Assembly: GCA_964466835.1 (NCBI GenBank)
Contig: CAYXNV010000002.1
Coordinates: 3,779 to 67,778 of the forward strand
Origin: an uncultured Gammaproteobacteria bacterium
Lineage (GTDB): Bacteria > Patescibacteriota > Patescibacteriia > Patescibacteriales > UBA12465
Length of the DNA stretch: 64,000 bases
Reading direction: 5' to 3'
Under the pieces are notes generated by a model, which saw only the letters and a program-made list of their open reading frames with translations, searched no databases and had not been told where the DNA came from. Shown here piece after piece: positions 21,190 to 30,731 of this stretch; positions within the stretch are counted from its first letter, which is position 1, and every line of letters begins with the position of its first letter. The position numbers and the translations under genes are program-made.

Positions 21190-21208
21190 CGGTTTTGATA
21201 CCATTTTT

Positions 21209-21982
21209 TCATTCAGGGGTGTGGATGGTAATGGTTTTTTCTTTCTGTAATCTTTCGTAGAATACAGAGTTTACTTTGACTTCTGACATACTCTGATCTA
21301 ATCTGCCCTTATGCTTTTCTTTTTCTTTGGCATTAGGCTTGGACAAGAAATAGACCGTGTTTATCTCATCTGGAATACGATTGGTAACTACAATTTTCCA
21401 TGCTTTCACCATTGTTTCTAGCTTAGATATCTTTTTGATAGCATTAGCTAGCCAAAGCCTGGCAATTTGAGAATAATTATTATTAAGATCATCCCCTAAC
21501 TGTTCTTTGGTTCGGTTGGTTCTTTCTATCCACCAGGGATCAACTTCAATTTTTTCTGGTCCATTTTCTTCTTCAAATTTCTTAATGTCCTCATGTAGTT
21601 GATAGATGCAATCGATTGCCTGGATGACAAGAGCTTTTTTGTTAGGTTTTTCCTGAATTAGACTTGTAACCATCTCTGGTATTTCAGAGCCTTTATCAGT
21701 ATAGGTGCTTGCCTGGAGTCGATATTCAATATCAGCAATGTTGGTTCCGAAGAATTTTTTGCCAGCTTTTTGATTTAAGACCTCATAGTATAGCAGGGAT
21801 ATAATTATATCCTGATCTTTACACCCCAATCTTTTAATGAGAATGTCGATTTTTTCAAATATCGCTGATTCTGATTTTAAAATATCACATACCCAGCGAA
21901 TAATTTTGTCAGTGTCCTGAGTAATGCCTACTCCACAATCAGTCAAAGTTTGTAAAATGTTTTCTTTTTCAATCTTTGTCAT
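21209..21982 (-). CDS. Orphan hypothetical protein (cassette 1)
   Basis: 257-aa ORF with its own promoter and terminator; no family recognised. Confidence 0.75.
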   Translation of the reverse strand: MTKIEKENILQTLTDCGVGITQDTDKIIRWVCDILKSESAIFEKIDILIKRLGCKDQDIIISLLYYEVLNQKAGKKFFGTNIADIEYRLQASTYTDKGSEIPEMVTSLIQEKPNKKALVIQAIDCIYQLHEDIKKFEEENGPEKIEVDPWWIERTNRTKEQLGDDLNNNYSQIARLWLANAIKKISKLETMVKAWKIVVTNRIPDEINTVYFLSKPNAKEKEKHKGRLDQSMSEVKVNSVFYERLQKEKTITIHTPE

Positions 21983-22055
21983 GAGAATATTTTTTTGGTT
22001 ATTATTTATTTTTAAAGAATCAAATAACTATATCATTTTTAATTATTATTGTCAA
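21983..22055 (-). promoter_or_regulatory. Promoter with boxA-like/ACCAA leader for orphan 21982
   Basis: Minus strand TTGACA(22055-22050)-N17-TATAGT(22032-22027), ATTCTTTAAAAAT, AACCAAAA. Confidence 0.7.
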
Positions 22056-22132
22056 TTATTAGAGAAAAAATGTAACTTTTTCCCTATTTTTACGTATATT
22101 ATTATAGGGGTAGGGTCCCTTTTTTTGTGTTT

Positions 22133-23899
22133 ATGAAAAAAGAAAGATTAAAATTAAAGGAATTTTGGCCAAAGTTTTGGAAATTACTTCAGCCATCACA
22201 GAAGCGGATTAAAATCTTGCTGATTTTGACTATTGCTTTTGAACTTATTGGTTTAATCAGTCCTTATATTTTAAAATTAATCATTGATTCAATTACTAAC
22301 TTTGATGTCAATCAGCTAAAACCATTATTATTACTAATTGTTGCTTTCTTTTTAAGTGAACAACTAAGCTCTTTATTTCATTATATCCGTGACAAGAGAA
22401 TCTTTTCTATGATTATGGATATTGAATATTATCTGCCAATTAAAGCCCAAGAAAAATTGGTAGGTCTAAGTTTGGGCTATCATGAAAAAGAGAATACGGG
22501 GAACAAGATAATTAAAATTGAAAAAGGTTTATATAAAATAATTGAGCTGATTATTAATTTAGCCTGGGAGGTTGGCCCAACCCTGGTTCAGCTCGTTGTT
22601 ACTCTAAGTGTTCTTGCCATTGTTGATTGGCGCTTAGCCATTACTTTCCTAGTCTTTGCACCAATATTTATTTTCATTACCTATAAATCAAACTCTATTT
22701 TATATCCAATTAGGAAGAAGCGTTATAAGGATTATGAAGTTGCTTCTGGTATGTTAGGTCAGTCAATTATTAATATTAATGCTGTTCAATCTTTTGTGCA
22801 GGAGAAACGTGAAGTAAGGGAATTTGGCAAGCTTAAGTTTGGAATTAAAATTAATGAACTAAAGGAATGGTTCCGTTTACTTGGTTTTGGTTTATATCGT
22901 AATTTAGCAATTGATTTAGGGAGGTTAGCTATTTTATTATTAGGCGTTTATTTTGTGGTTAATGATAGTATGACAATTGGTACTTTAGTATTTGTTATTA
23001 CCCTATCAGAAAAATCATATTTCTCTCTCTATCGTCTATCACGTTTTTATGACCGAGTAGCGGAAGGAGCAGAAGCGGTTAATCGTTTAGCCAGCCTATT
23101 AAATCAAGAATCAGACATCGTTAATATTGAAGACGGAATAAAGCCCAAGAAGATTATCGGTGATATTGTTTTCCAAGATGTTAATTTTATCTATAAGGAA
23201 GCTAAAAAGAAAGCAATCGATAATGTTAGCTTGAAGATAGATGCTGGTCAGATCACTGCTTTAGTTGGACCTTCTGGGGGAGGTAAAACTACTGTTGCTC
23301 GTTTAGTCTATCGTCACTATGATCCTCAAACAGGAAAAGTGCTTTTAGATGGAAAAGATCTTCGTGATTATGATGTTCATGCTTTTAGACGATTCTTGGC
23401 GGTTGTCCCTCAAGAAGTGGAAATATTTAATCTTAGTGTAAAGGAAAATATTGCCTATGCCCGACCTGAAGCTAGTGATGAAGAAGTGAGGGAGGCTGCT
23501 AAAATTGCTAACGCTGAAGAGTTTATCCTTAAATTAGGAGAAGGTTATGACACCTTAGTTGGTGAAAGAGGAATCAAGTTATCAGGTGGACAACGTCAAA
23601 GAGTGGGGATTGCTCGGGCTATCTTAGCTAATCCTCGTATCCTTATTTTTGATGAAGCCACCTCCAACCTAGACAGTCAGAGTGAAAGATTGATTCAAGA
23701 AGCAATGGAAAAAATTAGTAAAAATAGAACCCTAATTATAATTGCTCATCGTCTTAGTACAATTAAGAAAGCTGATAAGATAATTGTTTTAGAAGATGGT
23801 AAAGTAGCTGAACAGGGAAGTCATGCTGAATTAGCTAAGGTTAAAGGAGGTTTATACTCTAAATTGATCAAACTCCAAACAATGGGAGAAGTGGATTAA
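22133..23899 (+). CDS. ABC exporter, fused TMD-NBD (MsbA/Sav1866-like)
   Basis: TM domain plus GPSGGGKTT, LSGGQRQR, IFDEATS, IAHRLST; ATG at 22133. Confidence 0.93.
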   Translation: MKKERLKLKEFWPKFWKLLQPSQKRIKILLILTIAFELIGLISPYILKLIIDSITNFDVNQLKPLLLLIVAFFLSEQLSSLFHYIRDKRIFSMIMDIEYYLPIKAQEKLVGLSLGYHEKENTGNKIIKIEKGLYKIIELIINLAWEVGPTLVQLVVTLSVLAIVDWRLAITFLVFAPIFIFITYKSNSILYPIRKKRYKDYEVASGMLGQSIININAVQSFVQEKREVREFGKLKFGIKINELKEWFRLLGFGLYRNLAIDLGRLAILLLGVYFVVNDSMTIGTLVFVITLSEKSYFSLYRLSRFYDRVAEGAEAVNRLASLLNQESDIVNIEDGIKPKKIIGDIVFQDVNFIYKEAKKKAIDNVSLKIDAGQITALVGPSGGGKTTVARLVYRHYDPQTGKVLLDGKDLRDYDVHAFRRFLAVVPQEVEIFNLSVKENIAYARPEASDEEVREAAKIANAEEFILKLGEGYDTLVGERGIKLSGGQRQRVGIARAILANPRILIFDEATSNLDSQSERLIQEAMEKISKNRTLIIIAHRLSTIKKADKIIVLEDGKVAEQGSHAELAKVKGGLYSKLIKLQTMGEVD

Positions 23900-23928
23900 A
23901 GATATAGATTCAATTTGTAAGTTAAACA

Positions 23929-23956
23929 AAAGATAGACTAGAGATAGTCTATCTTT
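23929..23956 (+). terminator. Hairpin/terminator after the ABC exporter
   Basis: Perfect 12-bp stem AAAGATAGACTA-GAGA-TAGTCTATCTTT. Confidence 0.75.
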
Positions 23957-23961
23957 ATATA

Positions 23962-24039
23962 TTGACAAAAATACATAAATATGCTATATTAATAATAGTA
24001 AATTGAACATTAATATTTATCACCAAAACCCTTCAAGTC
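23962..24039 (+). promoter_or_regulatory. Promoter with boxA-like/ACCAA leader for orphan 24040
   Basis: TTGACA-N17-TATATT (TGC extended -10), GAACATTAATATT, CACCAAAA. Confidence 0.7.
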
Positions 24040-24579
24040 ATGAAAAATCTGAGATTTTTTACCTGCCTGGTCGCAATGACCTTTATTGCCTTATTTTTTT
24101 CTTCCTGCGAGAAATATGAGCACGATTCTTATCACAGAATGGCAATGCAAACCCTTACTCCGGATAATCCGGTTGGAGAATTTGCAGTTGTAGAGCTCAA
24201 CAATAACCCTCCGATTCCTGGAACAAAAGATTTTCAGATAACTTTCAAGGGAGAAGAAATTTTCTCAGGAAAGTTCTATCAAGACAATCTTGGCCCGGAA
24301 TATGAAATTATCACTGAATTTGTCCGGAAAGATGATGATACCGGTTTGAATATCTGGTATGTCTACATTGTTTCCCAGCCAGCCTATCATCATGTTTTTC
24401 TCCTGGTGAGAGAAGATGGTGAAGTGGTGGAAGAAAAAATTACCTATTGCGTAGAAGTATGGGGCAGACTTGTATTCCCACGTTTAGGAGTATTTTTCGA
24501 CGGATATTATCATATCCTTTTACGAAACAATGACCATGAGGATGTATCACTTATCAAAGTCAAGTTTCCCCAGTGGTAG
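24040..24579 (+). CDS. Orphan putative lipoprotein (cassette 2)
   Basis: MKNLRFF...ALFFSSC signal peptide with lipobox-like Cys. Confidence 0.75.
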   Translation: MKNLRFFTCLVAMTFIALFFSSCEKYEHDSYHRMAMQTLTPDNPVGEFAVVELNNNPPIPGTKDFQITFKGEEIFSGKFYQDNLGPEYEIITEFVRKDDDTGLNIWYVYIVSQPAYHHVFLLVREDGEVVEEKITYCVEVWGRLVFPRLGVFFDGYYHILLRNNDHEDVSLIKVKFPQW

Positions 24580-24605
24580 GGTCCAAACAAGAAAAAATTA
24601 ATTTG

Positions 24606-24634
24606 AGCCATCTCTTAGTTGAGATGGCTTTTTT
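24606..24634 (+). terminator. Intrinsic terminator of cassette 2
   Basis: AGCCATCTC-ttagtt-GAGATGGCT followed by a T tract. Confidence 0.85.
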
Positions 24635-24638
24635 AATG

Positions 24639-24716
24639 TTGACTTCAGTTAAATTATATATTAAGGTTATTTATTAATAGTTAATATAGTTCATTAATAT
24701 ATAAATTATAAACACC
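24639..24716 (+). promoter_or_regulatory. Promoter with boxA-like leader for orphan 24717
   Basis: TTGACT-N17-TAAGGT, GTTCATTAATATA. Confidence 0.6.
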
Positions 24717-25232
24717 ATGAAAAAGACAAATATTGATATTGGTTTTATTGGGGTGGCTCAATTTCTTTTTACCGTTCCCAATAATTTTTCTTTAGAAGTC
24801 TTCAGAAAAAGACATGCGAATGATATTCATATTGATAAAATTGTTATTGATGAGAATTTCTATCCCAGCACACTCTTGAGAGCTGGTGAGCCTAAAATTG
24901 CAGTTATTGTCCAATTGACTCAAGGCAGCATCTTGAATCGTTGCCGGGCTTTTGTCAAAAGCCAGGGCGGTCAGCTCCCCAATGCTCAAGGAGTGGCAAT
25001 GGCCTGGGAAAAAAATATGAACGAATTTCCTAAGGGTCGCTGGGTTTACGCCTTAGATCGTGAGGAAAATTTGTTTAAGGATAAAGTGCCTAATAATCCT
25101 TGTGTCCGGGCAGCAGCGATTATGGTCAATGAAAAAACATCATTATTCAATTCAGCCGGAATATCAGGTCAGTGCCATAATGGCATAATTAGAGCTGGCT
25201 CTTGTATTCTTTATTTTAAAGATCCGGAGTAA
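24717..25232 (+). CDS. Orphan hypothetical protein (cassette 3)
   Basis: 171-aa ORF with its own promoter and terminator. Confidence 0.75.
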   Translation: MKKTNIDIGFIGVAQFLFTVPNNFSLEVFRKRHANDIHIDKIVIDENFYPSTLLRAGEPKIAVIVQLTQGSILNRCRAFVKSQGGQLPNAQGVAMAWEKNMNEFPKGRWVYALDREENLFKDKVPNNPCVRAAAIMVNEKTSLFNSAGISGQCHNGIIRAGSCILYFKDPE

Positions 25233-25250
25233 ATAAAAACATTTAATACA

Positions 25251-25278
25251 AAAGGCGTCTACTATAGGCGTCTTTTTT
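25251..25278 (+). terminator. Intrinsic terminator of cassette 3
   Basis: AAAGGCGTCTA-cta-TAGGCGTCTTT (G-U pairs) followed by a T tract. Confidence 0.7.
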
Positions 25279-25315
25279 AATTTACTAATCCTATTTTTTC
25301 CCCTATAATTAAAAT

Positions 25316-26338
25316 ATGCTAAATATTAAGAAAAATAAGGCTTTAGCACCTCATACTACTATTAAAATCGGTTCTTCTGCCGAATTTTTTGCTGTAGTTA
25401 GGAATAGAGAAGATATTCTAGAAGCAATTGATTGGGCTAAGAAGAATAATAGGGATGTATTTACTTTAGGAGGTGGTTCTAATCTTTTAATTACTAAAAA
25501 AATTAAAGCTTTAGTAATTAAAAATGAAATTAAAGGAATAAAGATTGTTAAGAAAAATAAGACTAGCGCTGTTATTGAGGCTAATTCTGGTGAGCTGTGG
25601 TCATGTTTGGTAAGTTTTTCAGTTGAAAATAAATTATATGGCTTAGAAAATCTTTTTCTAATTCCTGGTACAGTCGGAGCAGCCCCAATGCAAAATATTG
25701 GTGCCTATGGTTCAGAGCTAAAGGATGTTTTTCATTATCTGCGAGCAATTAATTTAAAAACTGGTAAAGAAAAAATATTTAAAGCAGCTGATTGTCAGTT
25801 TGGCTATCGCGATAGTGTATTTAAGAAAAAATTAAAAGGAAAGTATTTTATCTATTCCGTCGCGGTTAAACTAAGCACTAAACCCAAGTTTAAATTGAAC
25901 TATGGGGCAATTAAAGAAAAATTAGCAACTAAAGGAATTAAAAAGCCAGAGTTGAAAGATATTGTTAAAGTGATTCAGGAAATTAGAAATAGCAAGCTAC
26001 CAAATCCAGTCACTATTCCCAACGCTGGCTCTTTCTTTAAGAATCCAGAAATAAATTTAAATCAATTTAAAAAGTTAAAAGATAAATATCCCAATATCCC
26101 TAACTATCCCGGCAAGACTAAAAACAAAGTTAAAGTCCCAGCTGGTTGGTTGATTGAACAAGCCGGCTTCAAAGGAAAAAAATTTGGTCCGGTAGCGATG
26201 TACGAGAAACAAGCTTTGATACTAGTAAACTATGGCAAAGCCAAACCCAATCAAGTATTATCATTGGTAAAAAAGATAAAAACCACAGTAAAAAGAAAGT
26301 TTGGGGTTGATTTGCAAGAAGAAGTTAATATAATATAG
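25316..26338 (+). CDS. murB: UDP-N-acetylenolpyruvoylglucosamine reductase
   Basis: LGGGSN, IPGTVGAAPMQNIGAYG, FGYRDS, NAGSFFKNP motifs. Confidence 0.95.
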   Translation: MLNIKKNKALAPHTTIKIGSSAEFFAVVRNREDILEAIDWAKKNNRDVFTLGGGSNLLITKKIKALVIKNEIKGIKIVKKNKTSAVIEANSGELWSCLVSFSVENKLYGLENLFLIPGTVGAAPMQNIGAYGSELKDVFHYLRAINLKTGKEKIFKAADCQFGYRDSVFKKKLKGKYFIYSVAVKLSTKPKFKLNYGAIKEKLATKGIKKPELKDIVKVIQEIRNSKLPNPVTIPNAGSFFKNPEINLNQFKKLKDKYPNIPNYPGKTKNKVKVPAGWLIEQAGFKGKKFGPVAMYEKQALILVNYGKAKPNQVLSLVKKIKTTVKRKFGVDLQEEVNII

Positions 26339-26344
26339 AAAAGT

Positions 26345-26677
26345 ATGAATAACATTAGTATTAAAGAATTGCAAAATTTAATAATACAACAAGCTAAAGA
26401 GAAGGGTTTTGGAACTAAGCCAGAAGAAATTAATGTTGCAGAGAAAATTGCTTTGATTCATTCTGAAGTTTCTGAAGCTCTTGAAGCATATCGCCACAAA
26501 AATATGGATGGCAAGGATGGATTTGAGGAGGAATTAGGTGATGTCATTCAAAGAGTTCTTCATCTTTGCGGAATTTTTAACATTGATATTGAAAAAGCAA
26601 TTTTAAAGAAATTTAATGATAATCAAAATAGAGAGTGGGATTGGGAAAATATAAACGAGACTCATTCTAAAGAATAA
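26345..26677 (+). CDS. MazG-like nucleotide pyrophosphohydrolase
   Basis: IHSEVSEALE...EELGD all-alpha NTP-PPase motif. Confidence 0.8.
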   Translation: MNNISIKELQNLIIQQAKEKGFGTKPEEINVAEKIALIHSEVSEALEAYRHKNMDGKDGFEEELGDVIQRVLHLCGIFNIDIEKAILKKFNDNQNREWDWENINETHSKE

Positions 26678-26687
26678 ATTAATTAAT

Positions 26688-28478
26688 ATGACTAGCAAAG
26701 AACTGAGACAAAAATATTTAGACTTTTTTAAAGCTAAAGATCATGCTGTGATTTCTAGTGCTTCTTTGATTCCGGAAAATGATCCCACTGTTCTATTCAC
26801 CACAGCTGGCATGCAACCATTAGTGCCATATTTATTAGGAGAAAAACATCCTGAAGGAAATCGTCTAGTTAATATGCAGAAATGTGTTCGCACTGGTGAT
26901 ATTGATGAAGTAGGTGACACGGTTCATCATACTTATTTTGAAATGATGGGTAATTGGTCTTTGGGAGATTATTTTAAAGAAGATTCCATTAAATGGAGTT
27001 TAGAGTTTCTTACTTCATCCGAATGGTTAAATTTAGATATTAATCGTTTAGCGGTTTCTGTTTTTGTTGGTGACGATGATGCTCCTTTTGATGAAGAGTC
27101 ATATAATATCTGGAAAGATTTAGGAATACCAGAAAAGCGAATAGCTAAATTGCCAAAAGAAAATAATTGGTGGGAATCTCCAGGTGCAACTGGACCTTGT
27201 GGACCTGATACAGAAATTTTTTACTGGACTGGTGATCCCAACAAAGTCCCAGAGAATTTTAACGATGATAATGATCTCTGGAAAGAAATTTGGAACAATG
27301 TTTTCATGGAGTATAATAAAACAACCGAAGGGAAGTTTGAGCCATTAAAACAAAAGAATGTAGATACTGGTTTAGGCTTAGCTCGGGTTTTATCTATTAT
27401 TAATGATCTGGGTGATAATTATAAAACAGATCTGTTTAGTAGTTTAATTAACAAAGTGGAAGAACTAAGCGGAAAGAAATATGAAGAAAGCGAAGAGATA
27501 ACTAAAGCAATGCGCATAATTACTGACCACATCAAGGCTGCTACTTTCATTATTGGTGATGATAAAGGAATTGCTCCCTCTAATACTGATCAAGGCTATG
27601 TAGTGAGGCGGTTGATCCGTCGTGCTATTAGATATGGACGACAATTAGGTATCACTCAAGAAACTTGGATTACAGAATTGGCTCAAATTGTAATTAATGA
27701 ACAAGGATTTATTTGTAATAGTATTGAAAGGAATAAAGAATTTATTATCACTGAACTTAATCAAGAAGAAAGTAAGTTTAATCAAACTTTAGAGAAGGGA
27801 ATGAAAGAATTTGATAAATTAAGTCAGGATATTACTGGCGTTCAAGCTTTTAACCTATATCAAAGCTATGGCTTTCCTTTAGAAATGACTAAAGAACTAG
27901 CTGAAGAAAAAGGAATAAAAGTTGATAGTGAAGGATTTGAAATTGAACTAAAGAAGCACCAAGACCTTTCTCGTACGGCTGCGGCTGGCAAGTTTAAGGG
28001 TGGTTTGGCTGATAATGATGAAGAGACAACTAAGCTACATACGGCTGCCCATCTATTATTGGCTGCTCTACGTAAGGTTTTGGGTGATCATGTGGTACAA
28101 AGAGGAAGTAATATTACTCCCGAGAGATTGCGTTTAGATTTTTCTCATTCTGATAAATTAACTCCGGAACAAATTACTGAAGTGGAAGAACTAGTTAATC
28201 AGGCCATTACTCATGATTTTAAAGTAGCTTATGAAGAAATATCTGTAGATGAGGCCAAAAAACGAGGAGCAATGGGAGTTTTTGACTCTAAATATGGTGA
28301 AAAAGTAAAAGTTTATACAGTTTGCCACCTAGGAACTGACTTTAACGAAGCTTTTTCTCAAGAGATTTGTGGTGGTCCTCACGTTGATAATACGGGCATT
28401 TTGGGACATTTTAAAATCACAAAAGAGGAGTCATCCAGTGCCGGTGTTAGGCGGATTAAGGCAATCCTAGAAAATTAA
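26688..28478 (+). CDS. alaS: Alanyl-tRNA synthetase (short form, no C-Ala domain)
   Basis: DPTVLFTTAGMQP, GPCGP, DTGLG, editing HTAAH and CGGPH; ends just after GVRRIKA. Confidence 0.95.
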   Translation: MTSKELRQKYLDFFKAKDHAVISSASLIPENDPTVLFTTAGMQPLVPYLLGEKHPEGNRLVNMQKCVRTGDIDEVGDTVHHTYFEMMGNWSLGDYFKEDSIKWSLEFLTSSEWLNLDINRLAVSVFVGDDDAPFDEESYNIWKDLGIPEKRIAKLPKENNWWESPGATGPCGPDTEIFYWTGDPNKVPENFNDDNDLWKEIWNNVFMEYNKTTEGKFEPLKQKNVDTGLGLARVLSIINDLGDNYKTDLFSSLINKVEELSGKKYEESEEITKAMRIITDHIKAATFIIGDDKGIAPSNTDQGYVVRRLIRRAIRYGRQLGITQETWITELAQIVINEQGFICNSIERNKEFIITELNQEESKFNQTLEKGMKEFDKLSQDITGVQAFNLYQSYGFPLEMTKELAEEKGIKVDSEGFEIELKKHQDLSRTAAAGKFKGGLADNDEETTKLHTAAHLLLAALRKVLGDHVVQRGSNITPERLRLDFSHSDKLTPEQITEVEELVNQAITHDFKVAYEEISVDEAKKRGAMGVFDSKYGEKVKVYTVCHLGTDFNEAFSQEICGGPHVDNTGILGHFKITKEESSSAGVRRIKAILEN

Positions 28479-28501
28479 TTAGTTTTAGCCAATTTTAGCT
28501 A

Positions 28502-28530
28502 TTGACAAGATTTAATCTTGTATCTATAAT
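28502..28530 (+). promoter_or_regulatory. Consensus sigma70 promoter of the infA/alpha operon
   Basis: Perfect TTGACA-N17-TATAAT. Confidence 0.85.
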
Positions 28531-28620
28531 GATTTTATTAAGATTATTATAAAAAACTTAATTATTTTTTAAAAGAATTTTGATAAGGTAGAGTAATCTT
28601 TATCAAATTTTTTTGTGTTA

Positions 28621-28872
28621 ATGTCAAACGAAAAAAAGAACGAAAGTTCAGACAATCTCAATGCTAAAGATTTTATTGAGATGCAAGGAGAGGTGTTAGA
28701 GCTAATGCCCGCTGCTACTTTTAAGGTAGCCTTAGAAAACGGTCATGAAATTTTAGCTCACCTATCTGGCAAGATGCGAATGCACAGAATTCGTCTTTTG
28801 CCTGGTGACAAAGTTAAGCTCCAGATTAGTCCTTATGATTTATCCAAAGGACGAATCACTTATCGCCTCTAA
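28621..28872 (+). CDS. infA: Translation initiation factor IF-1
   Basis: [29 protein letters not shown]. Confidence 0.96.
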   Translation: MSNEKKNESSDNLNAKDFIEMQGEVLELMPAATFKVALENGHEILAHLSGKMRMHRIRLLPGDKVKLQISPYDLSKGRITYRL

Positions 28873-28897
28873 TTAATTAATTTGTAGAATCGCTAAT

Positions 28898-29011
28898 ATG
28901 AAAGTAAGATCTAGTGCAAAAAAAATTTGCAAGGATTGTAAAGTGGTACGACGCAAAGGTCGTGTTCATGTTATTTGTAAAAACCCTAAACATAAACAAA
29001 GACAAGGGTAA
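28898..29011 (+). CDS. rpmJ: 50S ribosomal protein L36 (absent from the ORF track)
   Basis: Translates [37 protein letters not shown]. Confidence 0.96.
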   Translation: MKVRSSAKKICKDCKVVRRKGRVHVICKNPKHKQRQG

Positions 29012-29025
29012 TTATTTATATATTT

Positions 29026-29421
29026 ATGGCAGTAAGAATCGCAGGAGTTAATATTCCTACAGAAAAAAGAATAGCAATTGCATTAACCTATGTTTATGGC
29101 GTTGGCCATAGTAAAGCAGCTAAGATTTTAAAAGATACTAAAATTGATCCCAACACCAGGACCAATGCTTTATCAGAGGATGAAGTAGCTCGGTTAAGAG
29201 AAATAATTGAAAAGAAAATGACCGTAGAAGGTGATCTTCGTCGAGAAGTTCAAAGTAATATTAAACGATTAAAAGAAATTGGTAGTTATCGCGGTTCTAG
29301 ACATGCTAAACACCTACCAGCTCGTGGTCAAAGAAGTAAAACTAATAATCGAACTGTTCGTGGTAATAAGAGAGCGACTATGGGTAGTGGTAAGAGTAAG
29401 GCTGGACTACAAAAAACTTAA
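29026..29421 (+). CDS. rpsM: 30S ribosomal protein S13
   Basis: RIAGVNIP, GSYRGSRH, PARGQRSKTN. Confidence 0.96.
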   Translation: MAVRIAGVNIPTEKRIAIALTYVYGVGHSKAAKILKDTKIDPNTRTNALSEDEVARLREIIEKKMTVEGDLRREVQSNIKRLKEIGSYRGSRHAKHLPARGQRSKTNNRTVRGNKRATMGSGKSKAGLQKT

Positions 29422-29442
29422 TTTTTAAACTATTAATTAAAT

Positions 29443-30030
29443 ATGTCTGAAGACGTAAAAAAAGAAGAAAAGAAAAAAGAAGAAGAAACTAAAGTGGTTG
29501 AAGCTAAAACCCCTGAAGTTAAAGAAGAGGAAAAAGCTGAAACAAAGGAAACAGCTAGTTTTTCTTTTGATTCAGATTCCGAGGAATTACCAGAAGAAAT
29601 TAAACAAAAATTAGAGAAGAATAAACAAGCCCGAGCAAAGAAGAAATTGGTTAAAAAGAAAAAGAAAAAAGTCGCTCGAATTGTTAAGGTAGGCAAGGCT
29701 TGTATTAACGCTACCTATAACAACACTATGGTTACTTTGACTGACCCTAATGGTGATGTTATTTCTTGGGCTAGTGCTGTTGTAGCTGGATTTAGAGGGG
29801 CCAAGAAAGCCACCCCCTATGCTGCTCAAATTATTACTAAAATTGCAGTTCAAAAAGCTCGAGAAGAATATGGCTTAGAGGAGGTAAATGTTTTTGTTTC
29901 TGGAGTTGGTACTGGTCGTGAATCAGCTATCCGAGCTTTAAATGCTAATGGTTTAAATGTAGTTGCAATTAAAGATACTACTTCGGTTCCACACAATGGT
30001 TGTCGTCCGAAGAAGCCAAGAAGAGTTTAA
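29443..30030 (+). CDS. rpsK: 30S ribosomal protein S11 with long charged N-terminal extension
   Basis: ATYNNT, KKATPYAAQ, PHNGCRPKKPRRV. Confidence 0.95.
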   Translation: MSEDVKKEEKKKEEETKVVEAKTPEVKEEEKAETKETASFSFDSDSEELPEEIKQKLEKNKQARAKKKLVKKKKKKVARIVKVGKACINATYNNTMVTLTDPNGDVISWASAVVAGFRGAKKATPYAAQIITKIAVQKAREEYGLEEVNVFVSGVGTGRESAIRALNANGLNVVAIKDTTSVPHNGCRPKKPRRV

Positions 30031-30050
30031 GTTTATAATGATTTAATATT

Positions 30051-30680
30051 ATGGCAAGAAATATTGATAATAAATGCAAACAATGTCGTCGCGCTGGCGA
30101 AAAATTATTCCTCAAAGGAGATCGTTGTTCGACTGCTAAATGTGCAATGGTAAAACGTAATTATGCCCCTGGTTTTCATGGACCCAAGGGTCGTAAACGT
30201 TTGAGTGATTATGGCTTGCAACTCCAAGAAAAGCAGAAAGCTAAAAAGTATTATGGTTTACTAGAGAAACAATTTCGCCTTACTTTTGCTAAAGCGGGTA
30301 AAAAGAGTGGTGACGCTGGTAAGAATTTTTTGAAATTATTAGAAATGCGCCTAGATAATGTTATTTTCCGTTTAGGTTTGGCTAGTTCTCGTTCTCAAGC
30401 TCGTCAATTAGTTAACCACGGTCATTTTACAGTTGATGGACGCAAAGCTAGTATTCCTTCAATGACTGTTAAGGTTGGTCAAATTATTAAAATTAAAAAG
30501 ACTAGTGAGAAAAATAAGTTTTTTAGAAATTTAGAAGAAAAATTACAGAAAGCTGAACGTCCAAGTTGGTTGAATTTTGATGCTAAAGAATTAAACGCTA
30601 AAGTATTGCATGAACCAAAAGATACTGACTTGCCACAGAATATTAACGTTCAAATGATTATTGAGTTTTACTCAAAATAA
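30051..30680 (+). CDS. rpsD: 30S ribosomal protein S4
   Basis: CKQCRR, SDYGLQLQEKQK, LEMRLDN, IIEFYSK. Confidence 0.96.
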   Translation: MARNIDNKCKQCRRAGEKLFLKGDRCSTAKCAMVKRNYAPGFHGPKGRKRLSDYGLQLQEKQKAKKYYGLLEKQFRLTFAKAGKKSGDAGKNFLKLLEMRLDNVIFRLGLASSRSQARQLVNHGHFTVDGRKASIPSMTVKVGQIIKIKKTSEKNKFFRNLEEKLQKAERPSWLNFDAKELNAKVLHEPKDTDLPQNINVQMIIEFYSK

Positions 30681-30731
30681 AAAAGATTTAAATAACTTGC
30701 CTTTATTATCGGGTTATTTAAATAATTATTT

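Noticed and set aside
23929-25278. Classical integron
   Set aside because: No tyrosine recombinase in the window and no attC core sites; the hairpins look like ordinary terminators
29770-29790. S11 motif reads WASAVVAGF rather than the usual WASAGxxGF
   Set aside because: A single GGT-to-GTT difference; cannot distinguish a real variant from a sequencing error without reads
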